Shown here one piece after another: positions 7,679 to 16,653 of a stretch of 64,000 bases of DNA. The stretch is taken from contig CALRBH010000003.1 of assembly GCA_943354165.1 (NCBI GenBank), forward strand, positions 5,149 through 69,148. The letters are read 5' to 3'. The stretch's first letter is position 1, and the number at the start of each line of letters is the position of its first letter. Position numbers and translations under genes: made by a program. The notes under the pieces are model-generated. The model searched no databases, had not been told where the DNA came from, and saw only the letters and a list, made by a program, of their open reading frames with translations. The stretch comes from Candidatus Uhrbacteria bacterium RIFOXYB12_FULL_58_10. Its GTDB lineage: Bacteria > Patescibacteriota > Patescibacteriia > UBA9934 > GWF2-40-263.

Positions 7679-9854
7679 ATAAGTGGCTCAGGCGGACGGC
7701 GTAAAGCTTTGTTCCGGAGAGGATATAGGCAGTTTTTGTTGCTTCATCAATGATCACATCAAGCGCGTTTTCAAACGTGGGAGAGACGATTTGTGAGGTA
7801 AACGTTCCGGATTCCTTGGTATAGATCAGCAGACGCTTCTGCGCGGGCTCAAGGACATAAAGCCAGGTACTTGAGACGTCGGTCCAAATATCGGTTCCGG
7901 AGGACAGGGGTGGATCCACCACACTCGGCTTCCATCCCATCTGCCCACCGCTCGAGAACCGGACGACGTCCGAGCCTGTGAGGATGAAGACGGTGGCGTC
8001 GATGGCAAACGACCTGGCCTTTTCGAGGGTTACGGCTTTTGAACGAATCCACGGGCTTGGCGCGCTCCATCCACTGCCGGCGCGGGCGAACCGTTGGATC
8101 TGTCCGTCCGTTCCATTGGTTTCCAGGAGATAGAGTTTGTCCGCGTAAATCGTGAGATCGTTCCATGATGTTCCTGCCGCAGGAAGGAGGTCTGAGACAT
8201 GAAGGCCGTTGTCTTTGAAATCGAATCGCGAGAGGCCTGGTCGGTCGTCGAGGAATAAGATGCGGTCCGCGTCCAACGCAGCCTCGCGAGCGCTTCCTAC
8301 TTCGCCAATCGCGGCGATGATCGGCTCCGCCTTCTTTGCCGCCGGATCTATGCGGAAGACATGCTTGTCTGCCGAGAGGACATAAAGAAGTCCATCCTTA
8401 GAAATTAACGTACGGGCATCGGTGACCCCGAGGACGGCCAGGTCGGTGACAAGCGGAGGGTCTGGAATATTTACCGCCCGGCGTAGCTCATCAAGGCTCT
8501 GGGCAATGGACACCTTCAGCTCGTTTGCCGATTGTCCACGCTCTTCCGTGTCTGCAGGAAGTACTTCCGTAAGCGCAGATGCCTGTTGATAAAGGGCACG
8601 TGCTCTGGATTCATCTTGATAAATGACGGCCGCAGCGGCCTGTTCGCGCAAATCTCGGATCTGATCGATTTGCGCGGCATAGGTGGCATCAAGTTCCGCT
8701 GTTGCATGGGAACGGGAGAGGAAGGAGATGCTAAGAATGAGCGCAAAGACGACGCCGCCTGCGGCAACAAGAAGATATTTGCTACTAGGAGGAAGTTTAC
8801 GCAAGGATCCGAACGCCTTTGTGGCCGCCCGATCCGCACGGACCTTTACGCCTTCTGAGATGGCATAACGCGTCTCCTTATCAATGCCTTTTGGAAGAAC
8901 GGATTTTCCATGCCGCGTAATGCTTGCAATGCGTGTCTTTGTGGCAAGGAAGAGTCCGGAGATCCTGGCAGCCCTGCGCAGGAGGGCAGGCATCGTAGGT
9001 CGTTCGGCGCCGGCGACCTTTGGCTTTCGGCTGCGCAACCAGTTTCCGATGATGGTGAATGCGTTTCCCGGACGAGGACTCTGATCTTCAAGCAGACGTG
9101 TGGTTTCATCGCGTTTGTCGTGGAGGTTGGTAAGGGAACGCTCGGAGCTTGGCTTGGCCGTCTCAAAGGTGCTTCCGACGGAGGTGGCGCAGACCACGAA
9201 CACACTTACGCCCCCCTTGGGAGGGAAGTATTGGCGGATTTTGGCAGCAGCCCCGGTTGGCGGGAGCGTGGAGAGAATGGAACACAGCTCATCCGTGTCG
9301 ATGGTGGGCTGGAGATCCCGGTTGGCCACGCACAGCACGTCGCCTTCGTGCAGCTCGCCATCGAGCACAACCGCAAACGCTTTCTCCCAGGTGGGAAGTG
9401 CCTGTTCGGTTCGGATCGATCGTGACAGGTTGAACACCTGGTAGCGCTGCTGGGGCGTGCGATGCAGGAACATCGCCGTCACATCGCCGTTTCCGGAAAG
9501 GTACATCGTCTCTCCTTCCGCAATGCCGACCACGGCAAGAAAGGAGCCGATCGGCAACGACCACTCGGAATTTTTTACCGTGAGTGCGATGGTCTCGTTC
9601 AGCGAGGCTAAAAATTGTTCAAACCGGTGCTGAGCGTGTGCGTCCTCTCCAAACGAGTCGGCAAGGCGCTCAATGTGCTCCTCAATGATGGTCCGCAAAC
9701 GCTCCGCATCCATGGCGGATCGTCCCTGGGCGTCACAAAGCGCAAACGCGAATCCCATCCGCCCTTCGAGCGGTCGGACGATAACCATACGGCCCTCTTC
9801 CTTGCCTGCGAGGGGTGGATCCGTGAATTGTCCAGCTTTTAGCTCAATTTCCAT
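7677..9854 (-). CDS. Transmembrane protein with N-terminal cytoplasmic PP2C-like (probably degenerate) phosphatase domain and C-terminal extracytoplasmic beta-propeller-like domain
   Basis: 725 aa. N-terminal motifs resemble the PP2C fold (GFAFALCDAQG, YLSGNGDVTAMFL, GDVLCVANRDL) but lack the DGxGG metal-binding motif. One TM helix (YLLVAAGGVVFALILSISFL). Confidence 0.55.
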   Translation of the reverse strand: MEIELKAGQFTDPPLAGKEEGRMVIVRPLEGRMGFAFALCDAQGRSAMDAERLRTIIEEHIERLADSFGEDAHAQHRFEQFLASLNETIALTVKNSEWSLPIGSFLAVVGIAEGETMYLSGNGDVTAMFLHRTPQQRYQVFNLSRSIRTEQALPTWEKAFAVVLDGELHEGDVLCVANRDLQPTIDTDELCSILSTLPPTGAAAKIRQYFPPKGGVSVFVVCATSVGSTFETAKPSSERSLTNLHDKRDETTRLLEDQSPRPGNAFTIIGNWLRSRKPKVAGAERPTMPALLRRAARISGLFLATKTRIASITRHGKSVLPKGIDKETRYAISEGVKVRADRAATKAFGSLRKLPPSSKYLLVAAGGVVFALILSISFLSRSHATAELDATYAAQIDQIRDLREQAAAAVIYQDESRARALYQQASALTEVLPADTEERGQSANELKVSIAQSLDELRRAVNIPDPPLVTDLAVLGVTDARTLISKDGLLYVLSADKHVFRIDPAAKKAEPIIAAIGEVGSAREAALDADRILFLDDRPGLSRFDFKDNGLHVSDLLPAAGTSWNDLTIYADKLYLLETNGTDGQIQRFARAGSGWSAPSPWIRSKAVTLEKARSFAIDATVFILTGSDVVRFSSGGQMGWKPSVVDPPLSSGTDIWTDVSSTWLYVLEPAQKRLLIYTKESGTFTSQIVSPTFENALDVIIDEATKTAYILSGTKLYAVRLSHL

Positions 9855-9932
9855 GTTGTTCTTGATGATTCCGGTACCGTTGTGTAGATTATACGCAACA
9901 ATTCCGGGGGAGCCAACGTATCAATCCTATTT

Positions 9933-10547
9933 GTGTCGAATCCGGATTTCAAGCTTGAACATCTCTTTGGTTCAAAAACCCGCGCGCGTCTGCTCGGGCT
10001 CTTCTTGATGCACCCGGAAACCGCCTTCTTTGTCCGTGAACTGACCCGTAAAATCGATGCCCAGCTCAACTCGGTCCGCCGCGAGCTCAAGAACCTTATT
10101 GATCTCGGACTAGTGGTGGAACGCGTCGGGGACGTGCCTGTGAAAACCGGAGCTGCGCTTTCGGAAAAGAAAAAGTATTACATCGTGAACGTAGACTTTA
10201 TCTTGTTTGAGGATTTGCGCCAGCTGTTCAAGAAGGTCCAGCTGCTTTTGAAGAACGGTCTTGTTCAAGACCTGTCTAAGGTCGGAGGCGTTGACTACCT
10301 CGCGTTCACGGGTCGTTTTATTGAACGCACGGACATGCCAACGGATTTGTTCATCGTCGGATCAGTGTCCGTTGAAGACGTTCAGCGTACAGTGGCCGCC
10401 CTCGAGAAGGAACTCGGTCACGAAGTGAACTATACCCTTATGTCACGGGAGGAGTTCAAGTATCGTCGAGAATTGAATGATCGGTTCATCCAGTCCATTG
10501 TCCGTCCAGAGAACATTGTGACCGTGAACACGATTGATGTCGTATGA
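9933..10547 (+). CDS. Winged-helix DNA-binding domain protein
   Basis: GTG start. N-terminal wHTH (FVRELTRKIDAQLNSVRRELKNLIDLGLV). Overlaps the downstream tsaB-like start (ATGA). Confidence 0.5.
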   Translation: MSNPDFKLEHLFGSKTRARLLGLFLMHPETAFFVRELTRKIDAQLNSVRRELKNLIDLGLVVERVGDVPVKTGAALSEKKKYYIVNVDFILFEDLRQLFKKVQLLLKNGLVQDLSKVGGVDYLAFTGRFIERTDMPTDLFIVGSVSVEDVQRTVAALEKELGHEVNYTLMSREEFKYRRELNDRFIQSIVRPENIVTVNTIDVV

Positions 10548-10945
10548 CGCTCGTCGTATGCGGACAGGATATTACCCGTCTTGAGTTAGCCCTCTTGGAC
10601 GGGTCTTCTGTTGTTCAGGTGAAAACCGTTGCGGCCCCGCCTGAACAGTATCTTTCCACCATCGCCAAGTCGTTGGCCGCCTGGAACATCGACCCCGCCG
10701 ATCTCACGGAACTGATCGTGGTCTCTGGCCCCGGAGCGTTCACTTCAAGCCGACTTTCCACAACCTTGGTGAATACGTTTGGATTTGTTCACAACATTCC
10801 GCTGTTTTCCGTGGCAAACGAGGAACGCCTTCCTTTGGCTGTGTTTATAGAAAATGGCGCCCTCGCCAAGAAGGAATCGGTACGTTATGCACAGCCTGTC
10901 TACGACCGGCCCCCAAACATCACCTTGCCACGACCTGTAAAATAG
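10544..10945 (+). CDS. tsaB: tRNA threonylcarbamoyladenosine biosynthesis protein TsaB-like (short)
   Basis: VSGPGAFTSSRLSTTLVNTFGF matches the TsaB/YeaZ GPGSFTG-RIG motif region. Confidence 0.55.
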   Translation: MTLVVCGQDITRLELALLDGSSVVQVKTVAAPPEQYLSTIAKSLAAWNIDPADLTELIVVSGPGAFTSSRLSTTLVNTFGFVHNIPLFSVANEERLPLAVFIENGALAKKESVRYAQPVYDRPPNITLPRPVK

Positions 10946-10981
10946 CTTCAGAATAGAGGATATTCTTATCCACACACTTAT

Positions 10982-11671
10982 ATGGCCTCACCCGCGATGT
11001 CGTCGATCAGCGTTTTCCGTGATTCATTGTTCAGCCTTTGGCAGAGCGTTATTGAAGCGTTGCCGATCGTCGCTGGAGCCATCGTCGTATTCGTCCTCGG
11101 TCTCGTAGTCGCGGGTGTGCTCAGCCGCGTCGTACTGAAGGTGGTTGAAGTGCTTCGTCTCGATGAGTTGGTGGGGAAGCTAGATCTCAAGGCAACACTT
11201 GAGCGCGTAGGCATCCGCTTGCGCGTAGGCATCCTCCTTGCCTGGATGGTCCGTTGGTTCTTCATCATTGTCTCCCTGATTGCCGCCACCGATATTCTCG
11301 ATTGGGACCAGGTGACGGATTATCTCAAGCAGGTGGTCACCTACATCCCGAACGTGATCATCGCCGTCATTATTCTTCTTGCCGGAATCCTCCTCGGAAA
11401 CTTTGTCCGTGGCGTGGTGAAGTCGTCCGTGGAAGCCGCGAAGCTTTCCTCCGCGGAATTCCTCTCCGGCATGGCGAAGTGGGCCATCCTGGTGTTCAGC
11501 TTCATGGCAGCACTTGTCCAGCTCCAGATTGCTCCAGACCTCATCCGTACGCTCTTTACCGGGCTTGTGGCGATGCTGGCGCTCGCAGGTGGGCTCGCCT
11601 TCGGTCTTGGGGGCAAGGAGCATGCGGCACGCGTTATGGACCGTTTGCGCAAGGATATTTCCTCCAATTAA
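10982..11671 (+). CDS. Membrane protein with conserved-TM-helix repeats (MscS-associated TM_helix family)
   Basis: 229 aa with multiple hydrophobic segments and repeated charged loops. Family assignment is tentative. Confidence 0.5.
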   Translation: MASPAMSSISVFRDSLFSLWQSVIEALPIVAGAIVVFVLGLVVAGVLSRVVLKVVEVLRLDELVGKLDLKATLERVGIRLRVGILLAWMVRWFFIIVSLIAATDILDWDQVTDYLKQVVTYIPNVIIAVIILLAGILLGNFVRGVVKSSVEAAKLSSAEFLSGMAKWAILVFSFMAALVQLQIAPDLIRTLFTGLVAMLALAGGLAFGLGGKEHAARVMDRLRKDISSN

Positions 11672-11685
11672 GCCAAAGGACGATG

Positions 11686-11709
11686 AAACGGGGCATTGCC
11701 CCGTTTTTT
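11686..11709 (+). terminator. Rho-independent terminator
   Basis: aaacggggc-att-gccccgttt hairpin plus T-run. Confidence 0.6.
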
Positions 11710-11773
11710 CGATGAAATTTTGCCGTTGCCTTTGGCGCACAAGTCGATATACTCGATAGATACCTGATGGTGT

Positions 11774-12787
11774 ATGCCAGATATCCCCATGCCTAATAGT
11801 GCCGATTTTCTCTTGTACACCGGCCCGGACGGGGCAGTGCGGATTGACGTGTTCATGCGAGATGAAACGGTCTGGCTTACGCAGAAGCGGATGGCCGAGT
11901 TATTTGGCGTAGACAGAAGCGTCATTACGAAGCACTTAAGCAATATTTTTGAAGAAGCTGAGTTGAGCGAAAAAACAGTATGTGCAAATTTTGCACATAC
12001 TGCCGCTGACGGAAAAACCTATGAAACGCAGTTTTATAGTCTGGACGCGATCATTGCGGTTGGCTATCGCGTGAACTCCGAACAAGCAACGCAATTTCGT
12101 ATCTGGGCGACCAAGACCCTCAGTGGATACGTTGTAAAGGGGTTTGCGATCGATGACGAACGCCTTAAGAACGGACAGCACTTCGGGAAGGATTACTTCG
12201 ATGAACTGCTCGAGAAGATCCGGGAGATCCGCGCGAGCGAGCGCCGTTTCTATCAAAAGATCACGGACCTCTACGCGCAAGCAAGCATTGATTACGACAA
12301 GGCTTCCGAAACGACTTTTACGTTTTACAAGACCGTCCAGAACAAATTGCACTGCGCGATTCATGGGCACACAGCTCCTGAACTGATCGTGGAACGTGCA
12401 GATAGTGCGAAGCCAAAGATGGGACTTACGACGTGGAAGAACGCCCCTGCAGGGAAGATCCTCAAGTCCGATGTGGCCGTTGCAAAGAATTATCTGGAGG
12501 AGAAGGAGCTGACCGAACTCAATCGTGTCGTCTCCATGTATTTGGATTACGCCGAAGGGCAAGCGAAGAAACAACGGACGATGACCATGTGTGATTGGGC
12601 GGAAAAACTCGATGCGTTTCTTGCCTTCAATGAATACGATCTGCTGCGCGATGCGGGAAAAATCTCCGCAGAGGTGGCGAAGAAGTTGGCGGAGGAGGAA
12701 TACGAGAAATATCGCATTATCCAGGATCAGCAGTTTGTTTCAGATTTTGACGAGACGACGCGAAAATATCTTGAGGGAGGTGTATGA
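11774..12787 (+). CDS. RhuM-family protein
   Basis: N-terminal LLYTGPDGAVRIDVFMRDETVWLTQKRMAELFGVDRSVITKHLSNIF is the hallmark of the RhuM (PF13310) family, which is often island-borne. Confidence 0.75.
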   Translation: MPDIPMPNSADFLLYTGPDGAVRIDVFMRDETVWLTQKRMAELFGVDRSVITKHLSNIFEEAELSEKTVCANFAHTAADGKTYETQFYSLDAIIAVGYRVNSEQATQFRIWATKTLSGYVVKGFAIDDERLKNGQHFGKDYFDELLEKIREIRASERRFYQKITDLYAQASIDYDKASETTFTFYKTVQNKLHCAIHGHTAPELIVERADSAKPKMGLTTWKNAPAGKILKSDVAVAKNYLEEKELTELNRVVSMYLDYAEGQAKKQRTMTMCDWAEKLDAFLAFNEYDLLRDAGKISAEVAKKLAEEEYEKYRIIQDQQFVSDFDETTRKYLEGGV

Positions 12788-12802
12788 TTTTCCTGTTAGA
12801 CT

Positions 12803-14767
12803 GTGTGCAACCTTGACTCAAGATATCCACATATGCCCGAACGCCCCGGCCCTGGCCCAGAATTCCTAAAGAAGAAATACGACCTCCATAACACCCCGGA
12901 GGTCGCTTCGGCAGTGAAACGCACCGAGATTCGTACTGGCGAAAAGGCCCCGCAAGACCCGACTGTTCGCATCCAGAACTATCTCGACCGGCTCGAGCGA
13001 CTTGTCCTCGATACAGAAAAAACGCAGCGGCGGAAAAAACTGAAGGGAGGACGGGATGATGCCGAACGCCCACGAGCCATGACCTTGCTACGGGAAATGG
13101 TCATGAACAAATACGTTCGTCCTCAGAAGGAAAAGATGGCGCAGGCCGCTACTCGTGTGGAAGAACGCGCGGCAGGGGAACTCGGCATCAACATGCGTTA
13201 CACAGAAGAACAGCGAGAGCAGCGCGGCGACATCGCCGTAGAGGACGTGGAAGGCTCTCTCGACCAATGGATCAACTATCTTTCAGATCCGAACGAACCG
13301 TATCCGACCTGGTTTCGCTATTACGCCTTCCGAAACATTTTGGATCTGGGCGAGTACGACAAGGACAAAGGCGCGTTCCCAGAACGTTCTGCAGGAACCA
13401 TCCGCCTGTTTCCTGACATCGACCGGGGAGCCTTGGCCCACATGCAGGACCTTATCGAGGCTGATAAAGACTCAACCGTCTTTGATCGCTTACGGCATGC
13501 CCAGATGGAAACGCAGACACCGGCCGACCAGCTGCTAACCAAGGAAAAGGTTAAGGCGTTCGCAAACCTTTCCTTCGCCAAACAATACGCCGAAAGTATG
13601 AAGGAAGCGGGAGAAATCACTCCCGAGCTTCGAGCCGAAACCCGGGGATCGTGGGTGACATATCCAAAGGATTCAGACCCCGCTCCTTTGTGGAAGTCCC
13701 TTCAAAACAAAGGGGCTGCCTGGTGCACGAAAGGCTACGGCACGGCCGCGAACCAGCTGAAGGATGGAGATTTTCACGTTTATTACACCTTAGACAAGCA
13801 AGGGAACCCGACCATTCCTCGCATCGCCGTTCGGATGGTGGCTGAAAAGGTTTTTGAAGCGCGGGGAGTTGCCGACACGAAACAAAATCTTGAAGCCAAC
13901 ATGGCGGATATTGCTGAACAGAAGCTAAATCAGCTCCCCGGTGCGGAGAAATACCGCAAAGCAAGTGCGGACATGAAACAGCTCACCGACATCGGGAACA
14001 AGACTGAGAAGGAAACCGCTCTTACCAAGGCCGAACTAACGTTCCTATATGAGATCGATGGGTCGATCGAAGGGTTTGGGTATGGCCAAGACCCACGCAT
14101 AAAGGAGATTCAAGCCAAGCGTAATACCAAGGAGGATGCTCCTATTGTTCTTGACGTCGCTCCGGAAGAAATCGCCTGGAGCAAGAGTGAGATCGATCCA
14201 ATCCTCACCCGTGCCTACATCGGCCCATTGTTCCCGGGTGTATTCGAGATAAAAAATCTTGAACATTTGTACACAACTTTTCCTGCACGCGAAATTACGA
14301 CGACCACCCTCGAAGTCGGTGGGAAGACTCCGAAGCAATACGCCACCGAACTCACTAAGGCCGGTTTCAAGATTTACGACTACGCGCAGCAAATGCTCGA
14401 TAGAGCCGAGAAGGAAAAACTGTTTGTTGCAAAACGAAGTGAGAAAGATATTGTCCGTCTCACAGTAGCTGATCTCGGATTTTCGAATGGAGCCACGAAC
14501 CAGCAGATATGGGATCGCGGAATAGAGCTAGGCCTCGATCTGTGCCCTCCCGAGGTTGGACCAGAACTTCGTCTCTCCATGAAAGATCAACCACAAGGTG
14601 ATTATGTGGTTGTTATGATGAAACCCATCGCGGTCGCTGGTGGCGGCCTGGACGCGTTCGGCGTGTATGCGCGTGGCGGCGACCGCTGGCTCTTCGACGA
14701 CGATGGTCATCCCGGCCGCAGGCGGGATACCGACGATGCCGTTGCCTTCCTCCGTCGCAAGCATTAG
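12803..14767 (+). CDS. DGR target protein (variable C-terminal CLec/FGE-like region)
   Basis: 654 aa (alternative ATG at 12833). C-terminus ...YARGGDRWLFDDDGHPGRRRDTDDAVAFLRRKH resembles RGGSW...GFRL of FGE-type C-type-lectin folds that host DGR VRs. No signal peptide seen. Confidence 0.75.
   Translation: MCNLDSRYPHMPERPGPGPEFLKKKYDLHNTPEVASAVKRTEIRTGEKAPQDPTVRIQNYLDRLERLVLDTEKTQRRKKLKGGRDDAERPRAMTLLREMVMNKYVRPQKEKMAQAATRVEERAAGELGINMRYTEEQREQRGDIAVEDVEGSLDQWINYLSDPNEPYPTWFRYYAFRNILDLGEYDKDKGAFPERSAGTIRLFPDIDRGALAHMQDLIEADKDSTVFDRLRHAQMETQTPADQLLTKEKVKAFANLSFAKQYAESMKEAGEITPELRAETRGSWVTYPKDSDPAPLWKSLQNKGAAWCTKGYGTAANQLKDGDFHVYYTLDKQGNPTIPRIAVRMVAEKVFEARGVADTKQNLEANMADIAEQKLNQLPGAEKYRKASADMKQLTDIGNKTEKETALTKAELTFLYEIDGSIEGFGYGQDPRIKEIQAKRNTKEDAPIVLDVAPEEIAWSKSEIDPILTRAYIGPLFPGVFEIKNLEHLYTTFPAREITTTTLEVGGKTPKQYATELTKAGFKIYDYAQQMLDRAEKEKLFVAKRSEKDIVRLTVADLGFSNGATNQQIWDRGIELGLDLCPPEVGPELRLSMKDQPQGDYVVVMMKPIAVAGGGLDAFGVYARGGDRWLFDDDGHPGRRRDTDDAVAFLRRKH
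14631..14760 (+). repeat. DGR variable repeat (VR)
   Basis: Aligns with TR (offset 449 bp) over 130 bp. All 19 mismatches correspond to A in TR. The last ~40 bp are identical including unmutated As (IMH-like). Confidence 0.85.
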
Positions 14768-15079
14768 TACTTAGTCCTCGATTTTTTTAGATCTAGCCCT
14801 CAGTTCCTATGCCCTAAAAAACTTTTAGGATTTATACGTGTGATAGAATTGGAGAGGTAGTAGGCGAATCTTGCGAGAGATCACGGTTTCCCGCGGCCGA
14901 ATCCAGCATCTGTACATCGAGAATGTCTTCGATCACGGTTGGAGACAGGGTGGTGTATATGTCTTTCAAAAAATTGAAGATGCTTGGTGTGGGGTGCTAG
15001 GGCATTATGATGCCGAATTCGATTCAGCCCTGAGAATGGTCAAAGGGCGGTGTTTTGGAAGGCGCTCCATACATACGGA

Positions 15080-15209
15080 CGGACGCTGATGGCGACCTGA
15101 ACGCGTTCAACGTGAATGCGAATGACGGCGACCGCTGGCTCAACAACGACAATGGTCATCCCGACAACAAGCGGAATACCGACGATGCCGTTGCCTTCCT
15201 CCGTCGCAA
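15080..15209 (+). repeat. DGR template repeat (TR)
   Basis: Contains AAC/AAT codons (caacaacgacaat, cccgacaacaagcggaat) opposite varied VR codons. ORF 15055-15324 spanning it is probably not a protein. Confidence 0.85.
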
Positions 15210-15214
15210 CCACT

Positions 15215-15553
15215 TCATTTCTCTTCCGTCGCGGCAGACACGGAAGAGTTTTGTTTTTTGTTCAGTTGGCCGTCCCATCCGCCGAGGTTTCTTCCAATTT
15301 CATCTAGGAGTTCCGATAGCGTGATATATTTCTTGTTATCGAGCGATCCTGTTTCCCATAGGATCATCAGGAGAATTTTAGCCGTGTCGAGTTTGCGGAT
15401 CGCAAATCGGACCAGAGGAGATTTTTCCGGCTTCGGTAAAAAAGCAGCAACAGCAAGTGTCTCTATAACTTCTACAAATAGGCAATCTACCCGGATACCG
15501 AGCGAGTAACGGTGAGTTTTCGGGATCGTCTGGAGATAATTAAACCAAAGCAA
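15215..15553 (-). CDS. avd: Avd-like four-helix-bundle protein (accessory variability determinant candidate)
   Basis: ...KYITLSELLDEIGRNLGGW... closely matches the four-helix-bundle (IVS/Avd) family ending EIGKMLGGWIKS. TTG start; frame open to 15610, so helix 1 may start further upstream. Opposite strand to the RT. Confidence 0.6.
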   Translation of the reverse strand: MLWFNYLQTIPKTHRYSLGIRVDCLFVEVIETLAVAAFLPKPEKSPLVRFAIRKLDTAKILLMILWETGSLDNKKYITLSELLDEIGRNLGGWDGQLNKKQNSSVSAATEEK

Positions 15554-15618
15554 GTATGCACGTTTGGATTTCTCTAAAACTGGCAGTAATTGCGTTGGGG
15601 GGGGGAAAACTTAATTGA

Positions 15619-16620
15619 ATGTCGAATCGATTCGTCCATACGTACGAGGATATCATCTCGATCGAAAACCTGCTTGCGGCTTGGGAGGAATTTACGGTTG
15701 GTAAACGAGGACGGATTGATGTGCAGGAGTTTGGATTGAATCTGATGTCCAATATATTTGCCTTGCGTCGGGATCTTGTTGGCAAAACGTATGTTCACTC
15801 GCCGTATCATGCGTTTAACATCTCTGATCCAAAGCCACGGAATATCCATAAGGCAGCCGTAAGCGATCGTCTGCTGCATCATGCCGTTTATCGGATGCTC
15901 TATCCGTACTTTGACGCCAGGTTCATTGCGGATTCGTTTTCTTGTCGATTGGGGAAGGGGACGCATCGGGCGTTAGATCGGTTTCGTTCGTTCGCAAACA
16001 AGGTTTCACTGAATCACATACGAACGGTTTGGGTATTGAAGTGTGACATTAGGAAGTTCTTTGCGAATATCGATCACACCATCCTCTTAGGGATCCTGGG
16101 ACGATCAATCACTGACAAGGACATCAAGTGGCTGTTGGGGAGGATTGTCGGAAGTTTTTCGTCGACTCGGCACGGCGTCGGTTTACCGCTCGGGAATCTC
16201 ACCTCCCAGTTATTCGTGAATATCTACATGAACGAGTTTGATCAGTTCGTGAAAAAGAAACTGCACGTGAAGCATTACGTCCGATACGCTGATGATTTCG
16301 TCTTTCTGAGTGAAGATCGGAGCTGTTTGATCGGGGCCCTTACAGATATTGCTAACTTTCTCGGATCTCGATTGAGACTTTCATTGCATCCTGACAAGGT
16401 TTTTATTCAGACTTTTGCCTCGGGTGTAGATTTCCTTGGTTGGACCCATTTTCCTGATCACAGGGTCTTACGGACGACGACGAAACGGAGGATGATGAAC
16501 AGGATCAGTGAGGGGGTTGGAGATATGACCAAGGCCTCGTATCTCGGCCTGCTTATACATGGAAATGCGTTTGAAGCACAGCAGAAGATATCAAATACAC
16601 CTAACATCATTTTTGCTTGA
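15619..16620 (+). CDS. DGR reverse transcriptase
   Basis: 333 aa. Motifs FSCRLGKGTHRAL, VLKCDIRKFFANIDH, GLPLGNLTSQLFVNIYMNEFD (DGR-specific I/LGxxxSQ) and VRYADDFVFL (YxDD). Confidence 0.9.
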   Translation: MSNRFVHTYEDIISIENLLAAWEEFTVGKRGRIDVQEFGLNLMSNIFALRRDLVGKTYVHSPYHAFNISDPKPRNIHKAAVSDRLLHHAVYRMLYPYFDARFIADSFSCRLGKGTHRALDRFRSFANKVSLNHIRTVWVLKCDIRKFFANIDHTILLGILGRSITDKDIKWLLGRIVGSFSSTRHGVGLPLGNLTSQLFVNIYMNEFDQFVKKKLHVKHYVRYADDFVFLSEDRSCLIGALTDIANFLGSRLRLSLHPDKVFIQTFASGVDFLGWTHFPDHRVLRTTTKRRMMNRISEGVGDMTKASYLGLLIHGNAFEAQQKISNTPNIIFA

Positions 16621-16653
16621 TTTTCCACACATTTCTGCTAGGATACGCCCGTT

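Larger units (their letters stand above)
12803..16620 (+). mobile_element. Diversity-generating retroelement (DGR) cassette: target gene with VR, TR, Avd-like gene, reverse transcriptase
   Basis: See component features. VR and TR are 130 bp each with 19 mismatches, all at TR adenines. RT has DGR-type motifs. Confidence 0.85.

Noticed and set aside
14871-15089. 72-aa plus-strand ORF between the target gene and TR as a possible same-strand Avd
   Set aside because: Not helical or basic like Avd. The better Avd candidate is the four-helix-bundle ORF on the minus strand at 15215-15553.
15055-15324. 89-aa ORF spanning the DGR template repeat
   Set aside because: Its sequence mirrors the C-terminus of the target protein because it overlaps TR. 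TR is a non-coding template; there is no independent evidence for a protein.
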